NCBI GenBank assembly: GCA_036676395.1
Contig: JAKFCY010000002.1
Location: 544,001 to 608,000, forward strand
DNA: 64,000 nucleotides
Origin: Bdellovibrio sp.
GTDB taxonomy: Bacteria > Bdellovibrionota > Bdellovibrionia > Bdellovibrionales > Bdellovibrionaceae
Direction of reading: 5' to 3'
The translations under genes and the position numbers were made by a program. This document shows, in pieces, positions 1 through 11,367 of this stretch (the first letter of the stretch is position 1; each line of letters opens with the position of its first letter). The notes below the pieces were generated by a model. The model was not told where the DNA came from. It saw only the letters and a program-made list of their open reading frames with translations, and made no database searches.

Positions 1-473
1 ATAGCGTAAGTCGAGTACCTGCATTTACCGCCACACTAGTCGGAGGAGTCACTTTCACAACCAGTACAGTAACTGCGTCAGGACAAGTTTTAACTCGCCT
101 CGGGGCGAGTAGCTTCGCTTTAAATAATACCGGCGTTCATCAAGTGTATACCTCAGCCGATGGAGATGTTTTGGCTGATATAACAACGCTGACAACATCT
201 GATATTACCATTTCAGGAACTACCAGAGCAAATCGCGTCGTAAACGGCGGAGCTTTGCAAATCACAAATAATTTAACTGCCCAAGTTTGTACGGTCAGCC
301 CGAATGATGTGACGTGGGCATCGTCAAGTTGTAATTGTCCGACGTCTGGCACATGGACAGGATCATGTTCAACCGGAGAAACGTTATCCATGACCTTTAC
401 ATCGACGTGCGGAAGTGTAGACACTATGTTCGGCACGGCTTCAAAAACATTAACAATTGATCGTTGTAATTAA
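1..473 (+). CDS. 5'-partial Thr/Ser-rich hypothetical protein with Cys-rich C-terminus, probably secreted or lipoprotein
   Basis: Frame of ORF 144..473 stays open back to base 3 (SVSRVPAFTATLVGG...); ends CNCPTSG...C...C...DRCN; followed by a terminator. Confidence 0.65.
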   Translation, partial: SVSRVPAFTATLVGGVTFTTSTVTASGQVLTRLGASSFALNNTGVHQVYTSADGDVLADITTLTTSDITISGTTRANRVVNGGALQITNNLTAQVCTVSPNDVTWASSSCNCPTSGTWTGSCSTGETLSMTFTSTCGSVDTMFGTASKTLTIDRCN

Positions 474-488
474 AATTAGAAAAATATC

Positions 489-527
489 AAAAAAAAAGCC
501 CCGGTATTTCTACCAGGGCTTTTTTTA
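489..527. terminator. Bidirectional Rho-independent terminator between the first ORF and fusA
   Basis: A-run, gccccggta-tttc-taccagggc stem-loop, T-run, between convergent genes. Confidence 0.85.
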
Positions 528-550
528 TTTTAACTTTTCATTAAAACTTA

Positions 551-2662
551 TTATTTATTTTCTGCAGCACGTTTTGCAGCGTACTTCTTAGCAAGTTCTT
601 CTTGAACGTTACGAGGAGCAGGTTGGTATTTTGCAAATTCCATAGAGAATTCGCCTTTACCTTTAGTGCTTGAACGTAAGTCAGTCGAATAACCGAACAT
701 TTCAGTTAACGGAACTTCCGCCTCAATCGTTACAGTGCCTTCGATCGTTGTTGTGCCAACGATAACGCCACGACGTTGATTGATTTGGCCAGATGCCGGA
801 CCTTGATATTCTTCAGGAACAGTTGTTTCAAGCTTCATGATCGGCTCAAGAACTGTTGGTTTAGCTTTTTGATAAACTTCACGCATTGCTGCCATCGCCG
901 CAATTTTGAACGCCATGTAAGATGAATCGACATCATGGTAAGCGCCGTCAGTTAAATCAACTTCAACACCAACGATTGGGAAACCAATCATAGGTCCTTT
1001 TTTACATTGCTCAGCGAAACCTTCTTCAACAGCTGGGATGAATTCTTTAGGAATACGACCACCCACAACTTTGTTTTGGAATTTGAATACTGCGCCATCT
1101 TCTTGTGCTTCTAAAGGACGGATAGCCCCAGAGATTTTCGCGAATTGACCAGAACCACCTGTTTGTTTTTTATGAGTGTAATCGTAATCAGCTGCTGCAC
1201 CGATAGTTTCACGGTAAGCAACTTGCGGTTGACCCACAGTTACTTCACAGTTGAATTCACGTTTCATACGTTCAACGTAGATTTCTAAGTGAAGCTCGCC
1301 CATTCCAGAGATGATCGTTTCATTTGATTCTTCATCACGGTGAACGCGGAAAGTAGGATCTTCTTTACGAAACTTTTGTAAAGCTTTAGTAAAGTTATTA
1401 GTACCTTCTTTAGTTTTAGGAGCGATAGCTAATGAGATAACTGAATCAGCGATATGCATAGATTGCATAGAAGCATTGATTCTGTCGTCACAGAAAGTAT
1501 CACCAGACGCGCAATCGATACCGAACATAGCTACGATGTCACCAGCGTAAGCAACGTCAGTGTCTTCCATTTTATCAGAGTGCATGCGAACAACGCGCGG
1601 TACTTTAACCGATTTTTTGTTCGTTTGATTGATAATGAAGTCACCTTTTTTAAGAGTACCTTGGTAGATACGCATGTAAGTTAACTGACCGAATTGTGTT
1701 TCTTGTAATTTGAAGGCAAGAGCAACAAGTGGCATGTCGTTATCTGTTTTTAAAGGAAATTTTTCTTCGCCTTTGTTTAAGTCTAACGCCATTTCAGTTT
1801 TTTCAGTTGGATTTGGTAAGTAATAAGTTACGCCATCAAGTAAATGCTGAACGTTTTTATTTTTGAACGCAGATCCGCAGAATACTGGAACTAATTTTAA
1901 TGAGATAACGCCTTTACGAACAGCAGCTTTCATTTCTTCTACTGTTGGCATTTCTTCCATTAAGAATTTTTCAGCAATACCATCATCGAAATCAGCAAGT
2001 TTACCGATTAATTCTTGTTGGTATTTTTTAGCGTCGTCAGCTAATTCAGCTGGCATTGGGATTTCAACGATATTTTCGCCGTCTTCACCTTGATTTTGGA
2101 AAGCTTTCATTGTGATTAAATCAACGATACCAACGTGTTTATCTTCTAAACCGATTGGAATGTTAATCATTACTGCATTTAATTTTAATTTATCAACTAA
2201 AGCATCTTTAACACGGAAAGGGTTTGCACCTTGACGGTCAAGTTTGTTGATAAATGCTAAACGAGGAACGCTGTAACGTTTCATCTGACGATCAACAGTG
2301 ATTGACTGTGACTGTACGCCAGAAACGCCGCAAAGTACTAGGATCGCTCCATCTAATACGCGAAGTGAACGTTCAACTTCTACTGTGAAGTCAACGTGCC
2401 CCGGTGTATCGATTAAGTTAATTGTATAATCTTTCCACTGAACTTGAGTTGCAGCAGATTGAATTGTGATCCCTTTTTCTCTTTCAAGATCCATAGAATC
2501 CATAGTCGCGCCAACGCCGTCTTTACCTTTTACTTCATGGATTTCGTGAATACGACCACCGTAGAAAAGGATACGCTCAGATAAAGTAGTTTTTCCTGAG
2601 TCGATATGCGCTGAGATACCGATATTGCGGACTTTGTTAATGTCCCAAGGAGCTTTTGCCAT
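551..2662 (-). CDS. fusA: Elongation factor G (stand-alone, spd/mtEFG1-like)
   Basis: [34 protein letters not shown] motifs; start moved to ATG 2662 (MAKAPW), preceded by gagg. Confidence 0.96.
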   Translation of the reverse strand: MAKAPWDINKVRNIGISAHIDSGKTTLSERILFYGGRIHEIHEVKGKDGVGATMDSMDLEREKGITIQSAATQVQWKDYTINLIDTPGHVDFTVEVERSLRVLDGAILVLCGVSGVQSQSITVDRQMKRYSVPRLAFINKLDRQGANPFRVKDALVDKLKLNAVMINIPIGLEDKHVGIVDLITMKAFQNQGEDGENIVEIPMPAELADDAKKYQQELIGKLADFDDGIAEKFLMEEMPTVEEMKAAVRKGVISLKLVPVFCGSAFKNKNVQHLLDGVTYYLPNPTEKTEMALDLNKGEEKFPLKTDNDMPLVALAFKLQETQFGQLTYMRIYQGTLKKGDFIINQTNKKSVKVPRVVRMHSDKMEDTDVAYAGDIVAMFGIDCASGDTFCDDRINASMQSMHIADSVISLAIAPKTKEGTNNFTKALQKFRKEDPTFRVHRDEESNETIISGMGELHLEIYVERMKREFNCEVTVGQPQVAYRETIGAAADYDYTHKKQTGGSGQFAKISGAIRPLEAQEDGAVFKFQNKVVGGRIPKEFIPAVEEGFAEQCKKGPMIGFPIVGVEVDLTDGAYHDVDSSYMAFKIAAMAAMREVYQKAKPTVLEPIMKLETTVPEEYQGPASGQINQRRGVIVGTTTIEGTVTIEAEVPLTEMFGYSTDLRSSTKGKGEFSMEFAKYQPAPRNVQEELAKKYAAKRAAENK

Positions 2663-2938
2663 TTTTAACCTCATGGTTGGGGTTTATGTTGTTGTTTTTA
2701 CTTATTAAATTTTTATGTAAAGATAAGGGTCTATCAGAGTTTTTTCACAGTGGCAAACGCTATGGCAGGCGCCCAAAATAAGAGCAAGTGTGGAGCCGGC
2801 TTTGCAAAGTCTAAAAGCAGCTATGTTTTTGTACGTAAGTTGGCGCTCAAATCTATTATATTTGCTTACAGCACTAGATGTGTCGGTAGTTTCGACAGCG
2901 GGCCTGCTTTCGTCAGTCATTACAAGGAGAAAATCCCA

Positions 2939-3775
2939 ATGATATTACGAATTGTTTTATTTTTGCTCTTAGCCTCATCACAGGTCTGGGCTCAAGGTCA
3001 ATGTCAGAACCTATTTGCAGATCATCAACTTCTGTTAGACCGCAAAAGTCTGGTTGAACAGGATTTGATTCAAATCTATGAGGTCGAAGTTGCTGGAAAA
3101 ACAGCTGCAGAAGTTGCGGCCATGAATCTTAAAACGATCGAAAGCATTCACGAAGAAATTCCTTTCAGAAGCACTTCAAATCGAGGTGTATGGATCAATG
3201 AAACCGTAGCGAATAGACTTGTCGATTTAACTTATGAAAACCCTGTGGTGAATCCAGGACTAAAAAAATACGATCCTAAGCGTAACATTGGTTTTTGTTT
3301 TGGGCGTGCGACATTTATTCACTTGATGCTTTTAAAAATGGGATTACAAAAAAATTCGATCCGTAAAATCTGGGCGATCGGCCCTATGAATACCGGCGAA
3401 ATCACTTGGCGTTACCATGTTGCAACGATGGCTTATACCAAAACAAAAGGTTGGCTTGTGCTTGATACAAATCACGGCCAGGCGGTATCAGCCCAAGAAT
3501 GGATTGCGACTTATTCGAAAATGAGTACCGACGGTAAGCTTCGCTTTTATACCAGTGACGCCAGTAAGCTTTCATTTATGATTGGAAAGTATTCGCGCCT
3601 GCAACTAGGTATGGATATTAATCAGGAGCGTGATTATTACCGTGGCTACTTTAAAGACATGATGGAATGGGTGCGTAAAAGAAAATTATCACAAGATGGG
3701 ATTGTTTCTGTGGATAAAGAGCCAAACACGACGATGTCGGATATGTGGAGTTCCGTCGTTGAGTTTTTGAGATAA
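2939..3775 (+). CDS. Secreted protein-glutamine glutaminase-like (papain-fold) enzyme
   Basis: aaggag RBS then signal peptide MILRIVLFLLLASSQVWA; GFCFGRA / WRYHVA / VLD give a Cys-His-Asp triad. Confidence 0.6.
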   Translation: MILRIVLFLLLASSQVWAQGQCQNLFADHQLLLDRKSLVEQDLIQIYEVEVAGKTAAEVAAMNLKTIESIHEEIPFRSTSNRGVWINETVANRLVDLTYENPVVNPGLKKYDPKRNIGFCFGRATFIHLMLLKMGLQKNSIRKIWAIGPMNTGEITWRYHVATMAYTKTKGWLVLDTNHGQAVSAQEWIATYSKMSTDGKLRFYTSDASKLSFMIGKYSRLQLGMDINQERDYYRGYFKDMMEWVRKRKLSQDGIVSVDKEPNTTMSDMWSSVVEFLR

Positions 3776-3793
3776 ATTCTTTACTATCATCTG

Positions 3794-5245
3794 GTGCAAG
3801 ATATATTACAAAAACATTTTGGCTTTAATCAATTTCGTGGCGCTCAAAAAGAAGTGATCGAGCGCCTTTTGGCGGGGCATTCGACTTTAGCATTAATGCC
3901 CACAGGTACCGGAAAAAGTTTATGCTACCAATATATCGCGCACGTGCAAAAGCCTGGTGAACTGGTTTTAGTGGTTTCTCCGCTGATAGCCTTAATGCAA
4001 GACCAAACACAAAAAGCGAATGAAGTGGGCTTGCGTGCTTCATTTGTCAATTCATCTATTTCTGCCGATGAAAAAGAAAAACGTCTGCGCCAATTAGCGG
4101 ATGGCCTGTTTAATATTTTCTTTGTCACACCTGAACGTTTTAAAAAAGCTGATTTTTTAGAAGTTATATTAAAACAAAAAATTTCATTATTTGTTGTTGA
4201 TGAAGCTCATTGTGTCAGTCTTTGGGGGCATGATTTTAGACCTGATTATGCAAAGCTTGGCCCGGTGATTGATAAATTAGGAAAGCCTACGGTATTAGGA
4301 TTGACCGCAACGGCGACAATTCCGGTACAAAAAGAAATTTGCATTTCACTAGGTCTTGAAACTGAAAAAGGGATTGTTACAAGTGGGATTGAACGCCCTG
4401 AATTAGCTTTACGAGTTGAAGAAATTTACGGCGAAGAAGAAAAATTTCAGACGATGTATGATTTAATGTCTAAACATCCTGATCAGTCAGGGATTGTGTA
4501 TTTTTCTCTTATAGCTACGTTAGAAAACTTCGGTCGTTTTTTGCAGAGACAGAAATTTCCATTTTTAAAATACAATGGCGATATGTCACCAGGACAGCGC
4601 CGGCAAAATCAAAACGCATTTATTAAAAACTCGTCACGTTTAGAAAATAAGTGGATGTTAGCGACTCCGGCTTTTGGTTTAGGGGTTGATAAACCTGATG
4701 TGCGTTTTGTTTTTCATAGCGAAATTCCATCAACATTAGAATCATACTATCAAGAAGTGGGGCGTGGCGGTCGTGATGGCAAACCGGCGCAAGCCATTTT
4801 GTTTTACGATGAAGACGATGTTTCGATTCAAATGCAATTTTTAGACTGGGCTTATCCAGAAAAAAACTTTATTACTAAAGTGTATTTTTTAATTCAGGAT
4901 AATTTTGAACGTGTATCACAACAGGGTTTTGATTTTTTACGCGAACAAATGCTGTTTAAAACTAAAAAAGATTACCGGGTGCAATCAGCAGTCAGTATTT
5001 TAACTCGCTGGGGTTGTTTAGAAGAAGTAGATACCTTGTTCGGTTATCGCGCCGTACAACCTCCTGAAGATTCGTTATTCACTGAAGAAAACCAAGATCT
5101 TTTAAAAAAAGAACATCAAAAAAAATTACTCACGATTTTACAATGGGTTAAAAACACTGATGAATGCCGAATGAAGCGCATCTATTTATATTTCGGTCAC
5201 TATATCGAAAAGCCTTGCGGTGTGTGTGATGTCTGCACACAGTAA
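3794..5245 (+). CDS. recQ: RecQ-family ATP-dependent DNA helicase (short, no HRDC)
   Basis: [40 protein letters not shown]-terminal CR...CGVCDVC Zn site. Confidence 0.9.
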   Translation: MQDILQKHFGFNQFRGAQKEVIERLLAGHSTLALMPTGTGKSLCYQYIAHVQKPGELVLVVSPLIALMQDQTQKANEVGLRASFVNSSISADEKEKRLRQLADGLFNIFFVTPERFKKADFLEVILKQKISLFVVDEAHCVSLWGHDFRPDYAKLGPVIDKLGKPTVLGLTATATIPVQKEICISLGLETEKGIVTSGIERPELALRVEEIYGEEEKFQTMYDLMSKHPDQSGIVYFSLIATLENFGRFLQRQKFPFLKYNGDMSPGQRRQNQNAFIKNSSRLENKWMLATPAFGLGVDKPDVRFVFHSEIPSTLESYYQEVGRGGRDGKPAQAILFYDEDDVSIQMQFLDWAYPEKNFITKVYFLIQDNFERVSQQGFDFLREQMLFKTKKDYRVQSAVSILTRWGCLEEVDTLFGYRAVQPPEDSLFTEENQDLLKKEHQKKLLTILQWVKNTDECRMKRIYLYFGHYIEKPCGVCDVCTQ

Positions 5246-5870
5246 TGTTCTTAACGATTTTCCAGATCCACACACGACCGAGATCCTTGAAGATGTGATA
5301 GCTGTAGGCGGGATTTTAGACGCTCCCAATTTACAGCTTGCTTACAGTATGGGGATTTTTCCGTGGCCGCATGAGGGGTATCCGCTGTTGTGGTTTTGTC
5401 CTGAAGAGCGCGGCATTCTAGAGTTTTCTGAACTTTATGTAAACCGCAGTCTGGATAAGTGGATCCGTAAAAATGCTCCCAGTATTACAGTCACAGTAAA
5501 TAAGGACTTTGCGCAGGTGATTTATGAATGCCAGCAGCAAGTTCGCCAAGGGCAAGTTGGTACGTGGATCACTTCTGAAATCATCGAAGCGTACACGCAG
5601 TTGCACAAGCTTGGGGGCGCGATTTCAGTTGAATGCTGGGAAGATGATGTGATGATATCTGGAATTTACGGTGTGAAGTGTGACAACTATTTTAGCTGTG
5701 AAAGTATGTTCTTTAAAAAATCAAACGCTTCTAAATATGCTTTTTTAAAATTAGTCGAGCATTTAGAAACACTGGGGCTTGATTGGATGGATTTACAGAT
5801 GGTCACTGATGTATCGGGTTCATTCGGCGGAAAATACATTTCACGCGAAGAATTTTTAGAGCGAATTTAA
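5229..5870 (+). CDS. aat: Leucyl/phenylalanyl-tRNA--protein transferase
   Basis: [26 protein letters not shown] motifs. Confidence 0.92.
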   Translation: MSAHSNVLNDFPDPHTTEILEDVIAVGGILDAPNLQLAYSMGIFPWPHEGYPLLWFCPEERGILEFSELYVNRSLDKWIRKNAPSITVTVNKDFAQVIYECQQQVRQGQVGTWITSEIIEAYTQLHKLGGAISVECWEDDVMISGIYGVKCDNYFSCESMFFKKSNASKYAFLKLVEHLETLGLDWMDLQMVTDVSGSFGGKYISREEFLERI

Positions 5871-6853
5871 ATTGTTAATATTTCTGGCATAGGTTTACGC
5901 TTTTCAAGTTTCCGGATTGCTTTGTAAATCCAAGTTTTATGAAAGTCTAAATTTAAATACATGCTTTCGCCGTAACAACTATTATACGTATTTGTCAGGT
6001 CTTCATCTTTTACTTTAAAAGTTGCAATAGCAATACCTTGTAAATACAACTCATCATCTCGCACAGCAAATAACGGAGCACCAGAATCGCCGGTACAAAC
6101 TCCAGAAGAAAATCTTTGACTGCGGCTGATTACCTGTTGCGAAAAATCTGTAATATTTAAAGTCAGCTGTGCTTTCATCAGGGTACCATTCAGAGGTGGT
6201 GAGTTATCGTCGAAGCTTTTTTCCTGAAAGCGCGGGTCATCGGTAAGTCTGTTGTATTCGCTGATGCGGCCATAACCGGCAACAAAAGCTTCTGCTGTCA
6301 GTTTGATGTCTTTACTTTGAGTCATATGAATAACTGAGTCTTTATCTTGAAAATAAGAGTTCGAATATTTTGCGCCAGCTATTGGGCGGCTTAATTTTAA
6401 AACGGCAAGATCATAGAAGTTAGAACGGTTTTGCGGGCCTGGTGCAATCGATTTTTTTATTTCACGCAAGCGTGCTTCCTGATATTCGCCAGGAAATTCG
6501 TAATTAGCAATTTTATAGATTTGGTCTGGTGTTATCGCTTGGTTCGCGTCATCTGTAAAAATCACGCGCGATTCTTTAATATTTTCAGTGCAATGGGCTG
6601 CCGTCAGAACGTAATACTGGTCGATGATTACGCCGCTGCACAAACCGAATTTACGAAATAACGAAGGTGAACTCAGATCGAAAGAAAAGTTTTTCGCAAT
6701 GTAAACAGTGCGCCCCAAAATTTGGTCACCGGGCCCTACAGCCGTACCACGTAAAATGCTGCCATCGATTTTGGTTTTATCCATGAAATTACCATCACCG
6801 CAGGCGGTAAACAGAAAACTTAGAAATAGCGTAGCCAGAAGACGTAAAGTCAT
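5867..6853 (-). CDS. Trypsin-like (S1) serine protease lipoprotein
   Basis: Lipobox FTAC; TAAHC, DLAVL, GDSGAP triad motifs. Confidence 0.88.
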   Translation of the reverse strand: MTLRLLATLFLSFLFTACGDGNFMDKTKIDGSILRGTAVGPGDQILGRTVYIAKNFSFDLSSPSLFRKFGLCSGVIIDQYYVLTAAHCTENIKESRVIFTDDANQAITPDQIYKIANYEFPGEYQEARLREIKKSIAPGPQNRSNFYDLAVLKLSRPIAGAKYSNSYFQDKDSVIHMTQSKDIKLTAEAFVAGYGRISEYNRLTDDPRFQEKSFDDNSPPLNGTLMKAQLTLNITDFSQQVISRSQRFSSGVCTGDSGAPLFAVRDDELYLQGIAIATFKVKDEDLTNTYNSCYGESMYLNLDFHKTWIYKAIRKLEKRKPMPEILTI

Positions 6854-6982
6854 AGCTATAAGCATTTCAAGAATTGTGCACGCTAGATCGAATTACGGTG
6901 GATTTGGCGACACCCAAAGCGTCGAACTTAAAAGCGGTTGTTAAAGAAGTAACAGTCGTCGCAAAAGCTACAAAATCGAAGT

Positions 6983-6997
6983 GTCTCAAAATGAGAT
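6983..6997. promoter_or_regulatory. GTCTCA-N3-TGAGAC-type palindrome, copy 1
   Basis: gtctca aaa tgagat, intergenic, upstream of the protease gene. Confidence 0.5.
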
Positions 6998-7020
6998 TTG
7001 TTTGACAGGTGGCTTATAAG

Positions 7021-7497
7021 CTACAGATACAGGTTGATTAAGACTAACCAACTTAAAATCGAAAAAAACATTAATGTCAGATAGAAAAAGTGATCACTTA
7101 ATTTTTTATCATCAGTTGTGATGTTGTACTTTTTGGTATCTACCTTTTGCGCTAGACCTTGAACCAGGTTGATGCGCTGTAAACGGTCTAACTTATAAAA
7201 ATGCACAGCCACTTCGTTTGAATAGCTATCGTCTGGGGCAATACGAATAACAATGGCATAACAGGCCATTGTTTCAGATCCCGGTACTGCAAATTGAATT
7301 TTGATAATTTCGCCAAGCTGCGGTGACAGGTCACTGGCGCAAATGAAAGACAAGCCCGTCAACGAAACATTTCTGAGTTCAGTTTTTTCTTCCCACGGTA
7401 AACGCTCTGCGCCTGAAAAGCGAATCAGATTATTATCCTGGGTATCCAGAATGTATCGCGGAGATCGAGCATGGTAACGAGCTAAAGAGCCAGACAT
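7021..7497 (-). CDS. PilZ-domain protein with C-terminal TM helix
   Basis: RYHARSPRY (RxxxR) and NVSLTG (NxSxxG) c-di-GMP motifs; hydrophobic C-terminus. Confidence 0.8.
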   Translation of the reverse strand: MSGSLARYHARSPRYILDTQDNNLIRFSGAERLPWEEKTELRNVSLTGLSFICASDLSPQLGEIIKIQFAVPGSETMACYAIVIRIAPDDSYSNEVAVHFYKLDRLQRINLVQGLAQKVDTKKYNITTDDKKLSDHFFYLTLMFFSILSWLVLINLYL

Positions 7498-7507
7498 ATT
7501 ACCTAAC

Positions 7508-7534
7508 TTATCGGCTAGTCGGGTAATGACCTAA
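7508..7534 (-). promoter_or_regulatory. Sigma-28 (FliA)-like promoter of the PilZ gene
   Basis: Minus strand TTAG-N15-GCCGATAA. Confidence 0.7.
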
Positions 7535-7578
7535 AGACAGGAACAGACAGTATCTTGACTTGAACCTAACAATCTTCA

Positions 7579-7593
7579 GTCTTAAACTGAGAC
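7579..7593. promoter_or_regulatory. GTCTCA-N3-TGAGAC-type palindrome, copy 2
   Basis: gtctta aac tgagac, 4 nt before the ppk1 ATG. Confidence 0.5.
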
Positions 7594-7597
7594 ACTC

Positions 7598-9757
7598 ATG
7601 AGCGCTGCAGAAAAAAAAGTCAGAAAAAAAAGAAAAGTTAAATCGATAGAGCACACCAAGTCCTCTACCGAGATGTTTACTAACCGCGAATTAGGTTGGT
7701 TGCAGTTTAATATGCGCGTTCTGCATGAAGCTCAAGATAAGAAAAATCCTCTTTTAGAACGTTTAAAATTCTTATCGATTTCTAGCTCAAATTTAGACGA
7801 ATTTTTTATGAAACGCGTCGGCGGTTTAAAACGGCAAATCGCCTATGGTTTGACGCCGAAATCTTCTGACGGGCAAACGCCGAAAAAACAATTGCAGATG
7901 ATTGCGAAAGTCTTAAGCCCGATGCTGACGCAGCAGTCGCTATTGATGGATCAAATTCGTATTGAGCTTGCGCACAAAGGCTGCGAAATCGTAACCTATG
8001 AAAAATTAAAACCTGCAGACCGTAAATTTTTAAAAGAATATTTTTTAAAACAAATTTTTCCGATTCTTACACCGTTATCAGTTGATCCGGGGCATCCGTT
8101 TCCGTTTATTTCAAATTTATCAGTGTCTTTAGGTGTATCACTGGCGCAAACAAACTCAGTTGATGAAGATAAAATATTTGCGCGCGTGAAAATTCCGAAA
8201 CTAGTTGATCAGTGGATTCAAATTGATGAATCGACCCGTTATATTCACGCCATCGAAGTGGTGAAGGCCCATATTGCAGAGCTTTTTCCACAAATGAAAG
8301 TCAAAGGAACCACAGTTTTTAAAGTCACTAGAAACGCCGATTCAGACCGTGAAGATGAAGACACTGAAGATTTATTATCAATGATTGAAGAAGAGCTTCG
8401 TCAGCGCCGTTTTGCTGAAATTGTGCGGCTTGAATTTTCAAACTGCACAGACCCTTGGCTTAAAACATTTTTGGTGCGTGAATTAGAACTTAAAGAAGAA
8501 GATGTCTATGACATGCCTGCAGAATTTGACTTGGTGGATTTGCCATTATTAGTGAATGTGCTGACTTGGCCCAAAGAAAAATTCAACGCGTGGTCGCCAG
8601 TTGTGCCAGCTGTTTTATCAGAGCAAACTTCAATTTTTGATCAGATTAAAAAGCACGATATTTTATTTCACCATCCATTTGAATCTTTTGGGGCTACGGT
8701 TGAACGTTTTATCACTGAAGCCGCCCGTGATCCGCAGGTGTTAGCAATTAAAATGACGTTGTATCGTACGGGTGAAAACAGTGCTTTTATCAGATCGTTG
8801 ATCGAAGCTGCTGCTGCGGGTAAGCAAGTGGTTTGTCTGATCGAATTAAAAGCCCGCTTTGATGAACACCGTAATATTATCTGGGCGCAAGAGCTTGAAA
8901 GTGCTGGAGTGCACGTGGTGTACGGCGTTGTTGGCCTTAAAACGCATGCCAAAACTTCGCTGGTGGTGCGTAAAGAAGAAAAAGGTATTCGCACTTATGC
9001 GCATATCGGGACGGGTAATTACAACGAATCAACTTCTAGATTTTACACCGATGTTGGCGTGTTAACTGCTGATGAGCGCATTACTTCTGAATTGATCGAA
9101 TTATTTAATTACTTAACTGGCAAATCGATGAAAAATGATTACCAGCATTTGTTGCTGGCGCCGGTAAATATGTTTAATAAATTTAAAGAACTTATTTTAC
9201 GTGAAGCCGATCACGCTAAACATAAACGCCCAACGCACATCATGGCAAAATTTAATAATATGGAAGAAAACGATATTTCGTTAGCTCTGTATGAAGCCTC
9301 GCAAGCGGGTGTTTCGGTGCAACTGATCGTGCGGGGTTTTTGCTGTTTAAAGCCCGGTGTTAAAAAAATGAGTGATAAAGTCGAAGTGCAATCTACGATC
9401 GGAAGATTTTTAGAACACTCGCGCATTTTCTATTTCAGAAACGGTAAAGAAGACCCCGTCGACGGAGATTTTTACTTAGGTTCTGCCGATTGGATGTATC
9501 GTAATCTACACGCCCGTGTCGAAGCGATTACGCCAATTTACGATCGTCACGCTAAAGAAAAACTTTGGGATATTCTGCAATCTTATTGGAATGACCAAGC
9601 ACAAAGCTGGGTGATGAAATCAGATGGCACATATGATAAAAAGCAGGTCACTGATCATAAGCTTATAGCTGGTGTGCAAGCTGAAATGATGACGAAAGCT
9701 CTGCAAAAAATCACTCTGACCGAAGATGATTTAGTTCAAGAAGAGCATGACGATTAA
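7598..9757 (+). CDS. ppk1: Polyphosphate kinase 1
   Basis: NRELGWLQFN, SSNLDEFFM, HPFPFISN, ELKARFDE, KTHAK, GRFLEHSR. Confidence 0.96.
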   Translation: MSAAEKKVRKKRKVKSIEHTKSSTEMFTNRELGWLQFNMRVLHEAQDKKNPLLERLKFLSISSSNLDEFFMKRVGGLKRQIAYGLTPKSSDGQTPKKQLQMIAKVLSPMLTQQSLLMDQIRIELAHKGCEIVTYEKLKPADRKFLKEYFLKQIFPILTPLSVDPGHPFPFISNLSVSLGVSLAQTNSVDEDKIFARVKIPKLVDQWIQIDESTRYIHAIEVVKAHIAELFPQMKVKGTTVFKVTRNADSDREDEDTEDLLSMIEEELRQRRFAEIVRLEFSNCTDPWLKTFLVRELELKEEDVYDMPAEFDLVDLPLLVNVLTWPKEKFNAWSPVVPAVLSEQTSIFDQIKKHDILFHHPFESFGATVERFITEAARDPQVLAIKMTLYRTGENSAFIRSLIEAAAAGKQVVCLIELKARFDEHRNIIWAQELESAGVHVVYGVVGLKTHAKTSLVVRKEEKGIRTYAHIGTGNYNESTSRFYTDVGVLTADERITSELIELFNYLTGKSMKNDYQHLLLAPVNMFNKFKELILREADHAKHKRPTHIMAKFNNMEENDISLALYEASQAGVSVQLIVRGFCCLKPGVKKMSDKVEVQSTIGRFLEHSRIFYFRNGKEDPVDGDFYLGSADWMYRNLHARVEAITPIYDRHAKEKLWDILQSYWNDQAQSWVMKSDGTYDKKQVTDHKLIAGVQAEMMTKALQKITLTEDDLVQEEHDD

Positions 9758-9758
9758 T

Positions 9759-10631
9759 TTACTTTAGTAAATCGTGAATTGAGCCTTCTTTGAGTCCAGT
9801 CATTGGAATTTTGATTTTGGTAATTTCAAAACGTTTGATGATCATCAGAATTAAATCCATCGCTAAATCTAAAACATCAATACGGTCAGGTCGTAAACCT
9901 AACGCTAATTTTTTCTCATAACTAAGTTTTTGCCAAAGCGCTTGGATTTTTAAAAGCTCCGCTTTTTCTAAATGTGTTTGTGGAGCTTTTTTAAGAAGTA
10001 AAAGTTTTAAACGTGCGACGGCATCAAAATTACCGCCGGTTCCTACAGCTACCGAAAAACGATGACGTCCATTTTTAATTTTACTTAAATGGCCTTCGCA
10101 GAATTCTTTCACATCTTTGTTTTTATTTTTGATCGAAAGCAGGCGAACCACACCTAATGGGTAACTTTTTGAAAAAAGAATTTTATCCTGGTGTAAACCT
10201 GTTAATTCGGCGCTGCCACCGCCGATATCGATTAACAAAGCATCGGCAAAATTATTTGATTTTGATTTCAAAATGGCGTTGCGAATTAAACGGGCTTCAT
10301 CTTGGCCCGAGATAATTTTAAGGCTTACTTTACTGGTCTTTTTGATCAGGGCCACAACAGTTTTGTTGTTTTTCGCATCACGCATGGCACTGGTGGCTAA
10401 GGCGATGATTTTTTGCACTTTGTATTTCTTGTTCAGTTTTGCGATTTTTTTAAAGACTTCGACAAGCTCTGCCACAGTCTCGGGAAGTAAAGCTTTGTGT
10501 TCAAACACGTCAGTTCCCAGGCGCAAAGGGGCTCTAAACTTCTTTATTTGTTCCCATTGGCCGTTTTCATGAATTTCGATAATGACGAGGCGTATAGCAT
10601 TCGAGCCCACATCTATAGAACTGACGCGCAT
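9759..10631 (-). CDS. ppx: Ppx/GppA exopolyphosphatase
   Basis: IDVGSNAIR, ATSAMRDA, DIGGGSAE, GLKEG. Confidence 0.88.
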   Translation of the reverse strand: MRVSSIDVGSNAIRLVIIEIHENGQWEQIKKFRAPLRLGTDVFEHKALLPETVAELVEVFKKIAKLNKKYKVQKIIALATSAMRDAKNNKTVVALIKKTSKVSLKIISGQDEARLIRNAILKSKSNNFADALLIDIGGGSAELTGLHQDKILFSKSYPLGVVRLLSIKNKNKDVKEFCEGHLSKIKNGRHRFSVAVGTGGNFDAVARLKLLLLKKAPQTHLEKAELLKIQALWQKLSYEKKLALGLRPDRIDVLDLAMDLILMIIKRFEITKIKIPMTGLKEGSIHDLLK

Positions 10632-10707
10632 AAAATTCCCTTTAAATTATCCTAAATTGACCTCTCACAGATTGCAAGATGTGTAAAAACAAGCTCTAAT
10701 ACCTGCT

Positions 10708-11367
10708 ATGGAAAGAACTATAGACGCCCAACTTGAAGATCTTAAGAAAACAATCCTCGAAATGGGAGGCTTTGTAGAAAAAGCCTTAGCAACCGCTATT
10801 GATGGGTTTATGAAAAAAGATCTTTCTTTGTTGGCGACTGTTCACGAAATCGAAAAAAACGTGAACGAACTGCAAATCAAAATCGACAATCTTTGTTTGA
10901 ATATTTTAGCTAAACAGGGCCCCGTGGCTAAAGACTTACGTTTAATTTTATCAGTCATTAAAATTAACACTGATCTTGAGCGTATGGGTGATCAGTGCGT
11001 GAATATCGCCTACCTTGGTAAAGACATTATTAAACGTCCACCACAAAGTATTCCAATAAATGAAATTGAACGTATGGGCGGAACTGTGCGCGCTATGGTT
11101 AAAGGATCTTTAGACTCGTTTGTGCGTATGGATGCGGTGGCTGCTGAAAAAATCCTTAAAATGGACGATGAAGTTGATACTTTAAAGAACGAAGTGACTG
11201 CGTCGAACATCAAAATGATCAAAGGCGATGCAAGCCTAACAGAAACTTGTCTCGACATTATTCAGGTCGCGCGTAATCTAGAGAGATTAGGCGATCACTC
11301 AACGAACATTGCTGAAGATGTGATCTTTGCCTTTACAGGAAAAGACATACGCCATGGTACCAACTAG
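10708..11367 (+). CDS. phoU: Phosphate signalling protein PhoU
   Basis: PVAKDLR, DLERMGD, LERLGDHSTNIAE. Confidence 0.93.
   Translation: MERTIDAQLEDLKKTILEMGGFVEKALATAIDGFMKKDLSLLATVHEIEKNVNELQIKIDNLCLNILAKQGPVAKDLRLILSVIKINTDLERMGDQCVNIAYLGKDIIKRPPQSIPINEIERMGGTVRAMVKGSLDSFVRMDAVAAEKILKMDDEVDTLKNEVTASNIKMIKGDASLTETCLDIIQVARNLERLGDHSTNIAEDVIFAFTGKDIRHGTN

Noticed and set aside
2750..2830. ggcaaac...gcaaag...ctaa resembling a c-di-GMP-I riboswitch
   Set aside because: No P1/P2 stems or GAAA tetraloop/receptor at the right spacing
2750..2938. N-terminal extension of ORF 2750..3775
   Set aside because: RBS and signal peptide point to ATG 2939
10632..10707. Pho box in the ppx/phoU divergent spacer
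   Set aside because: No convincing CTGTCAT-like 11-bp direct repeats
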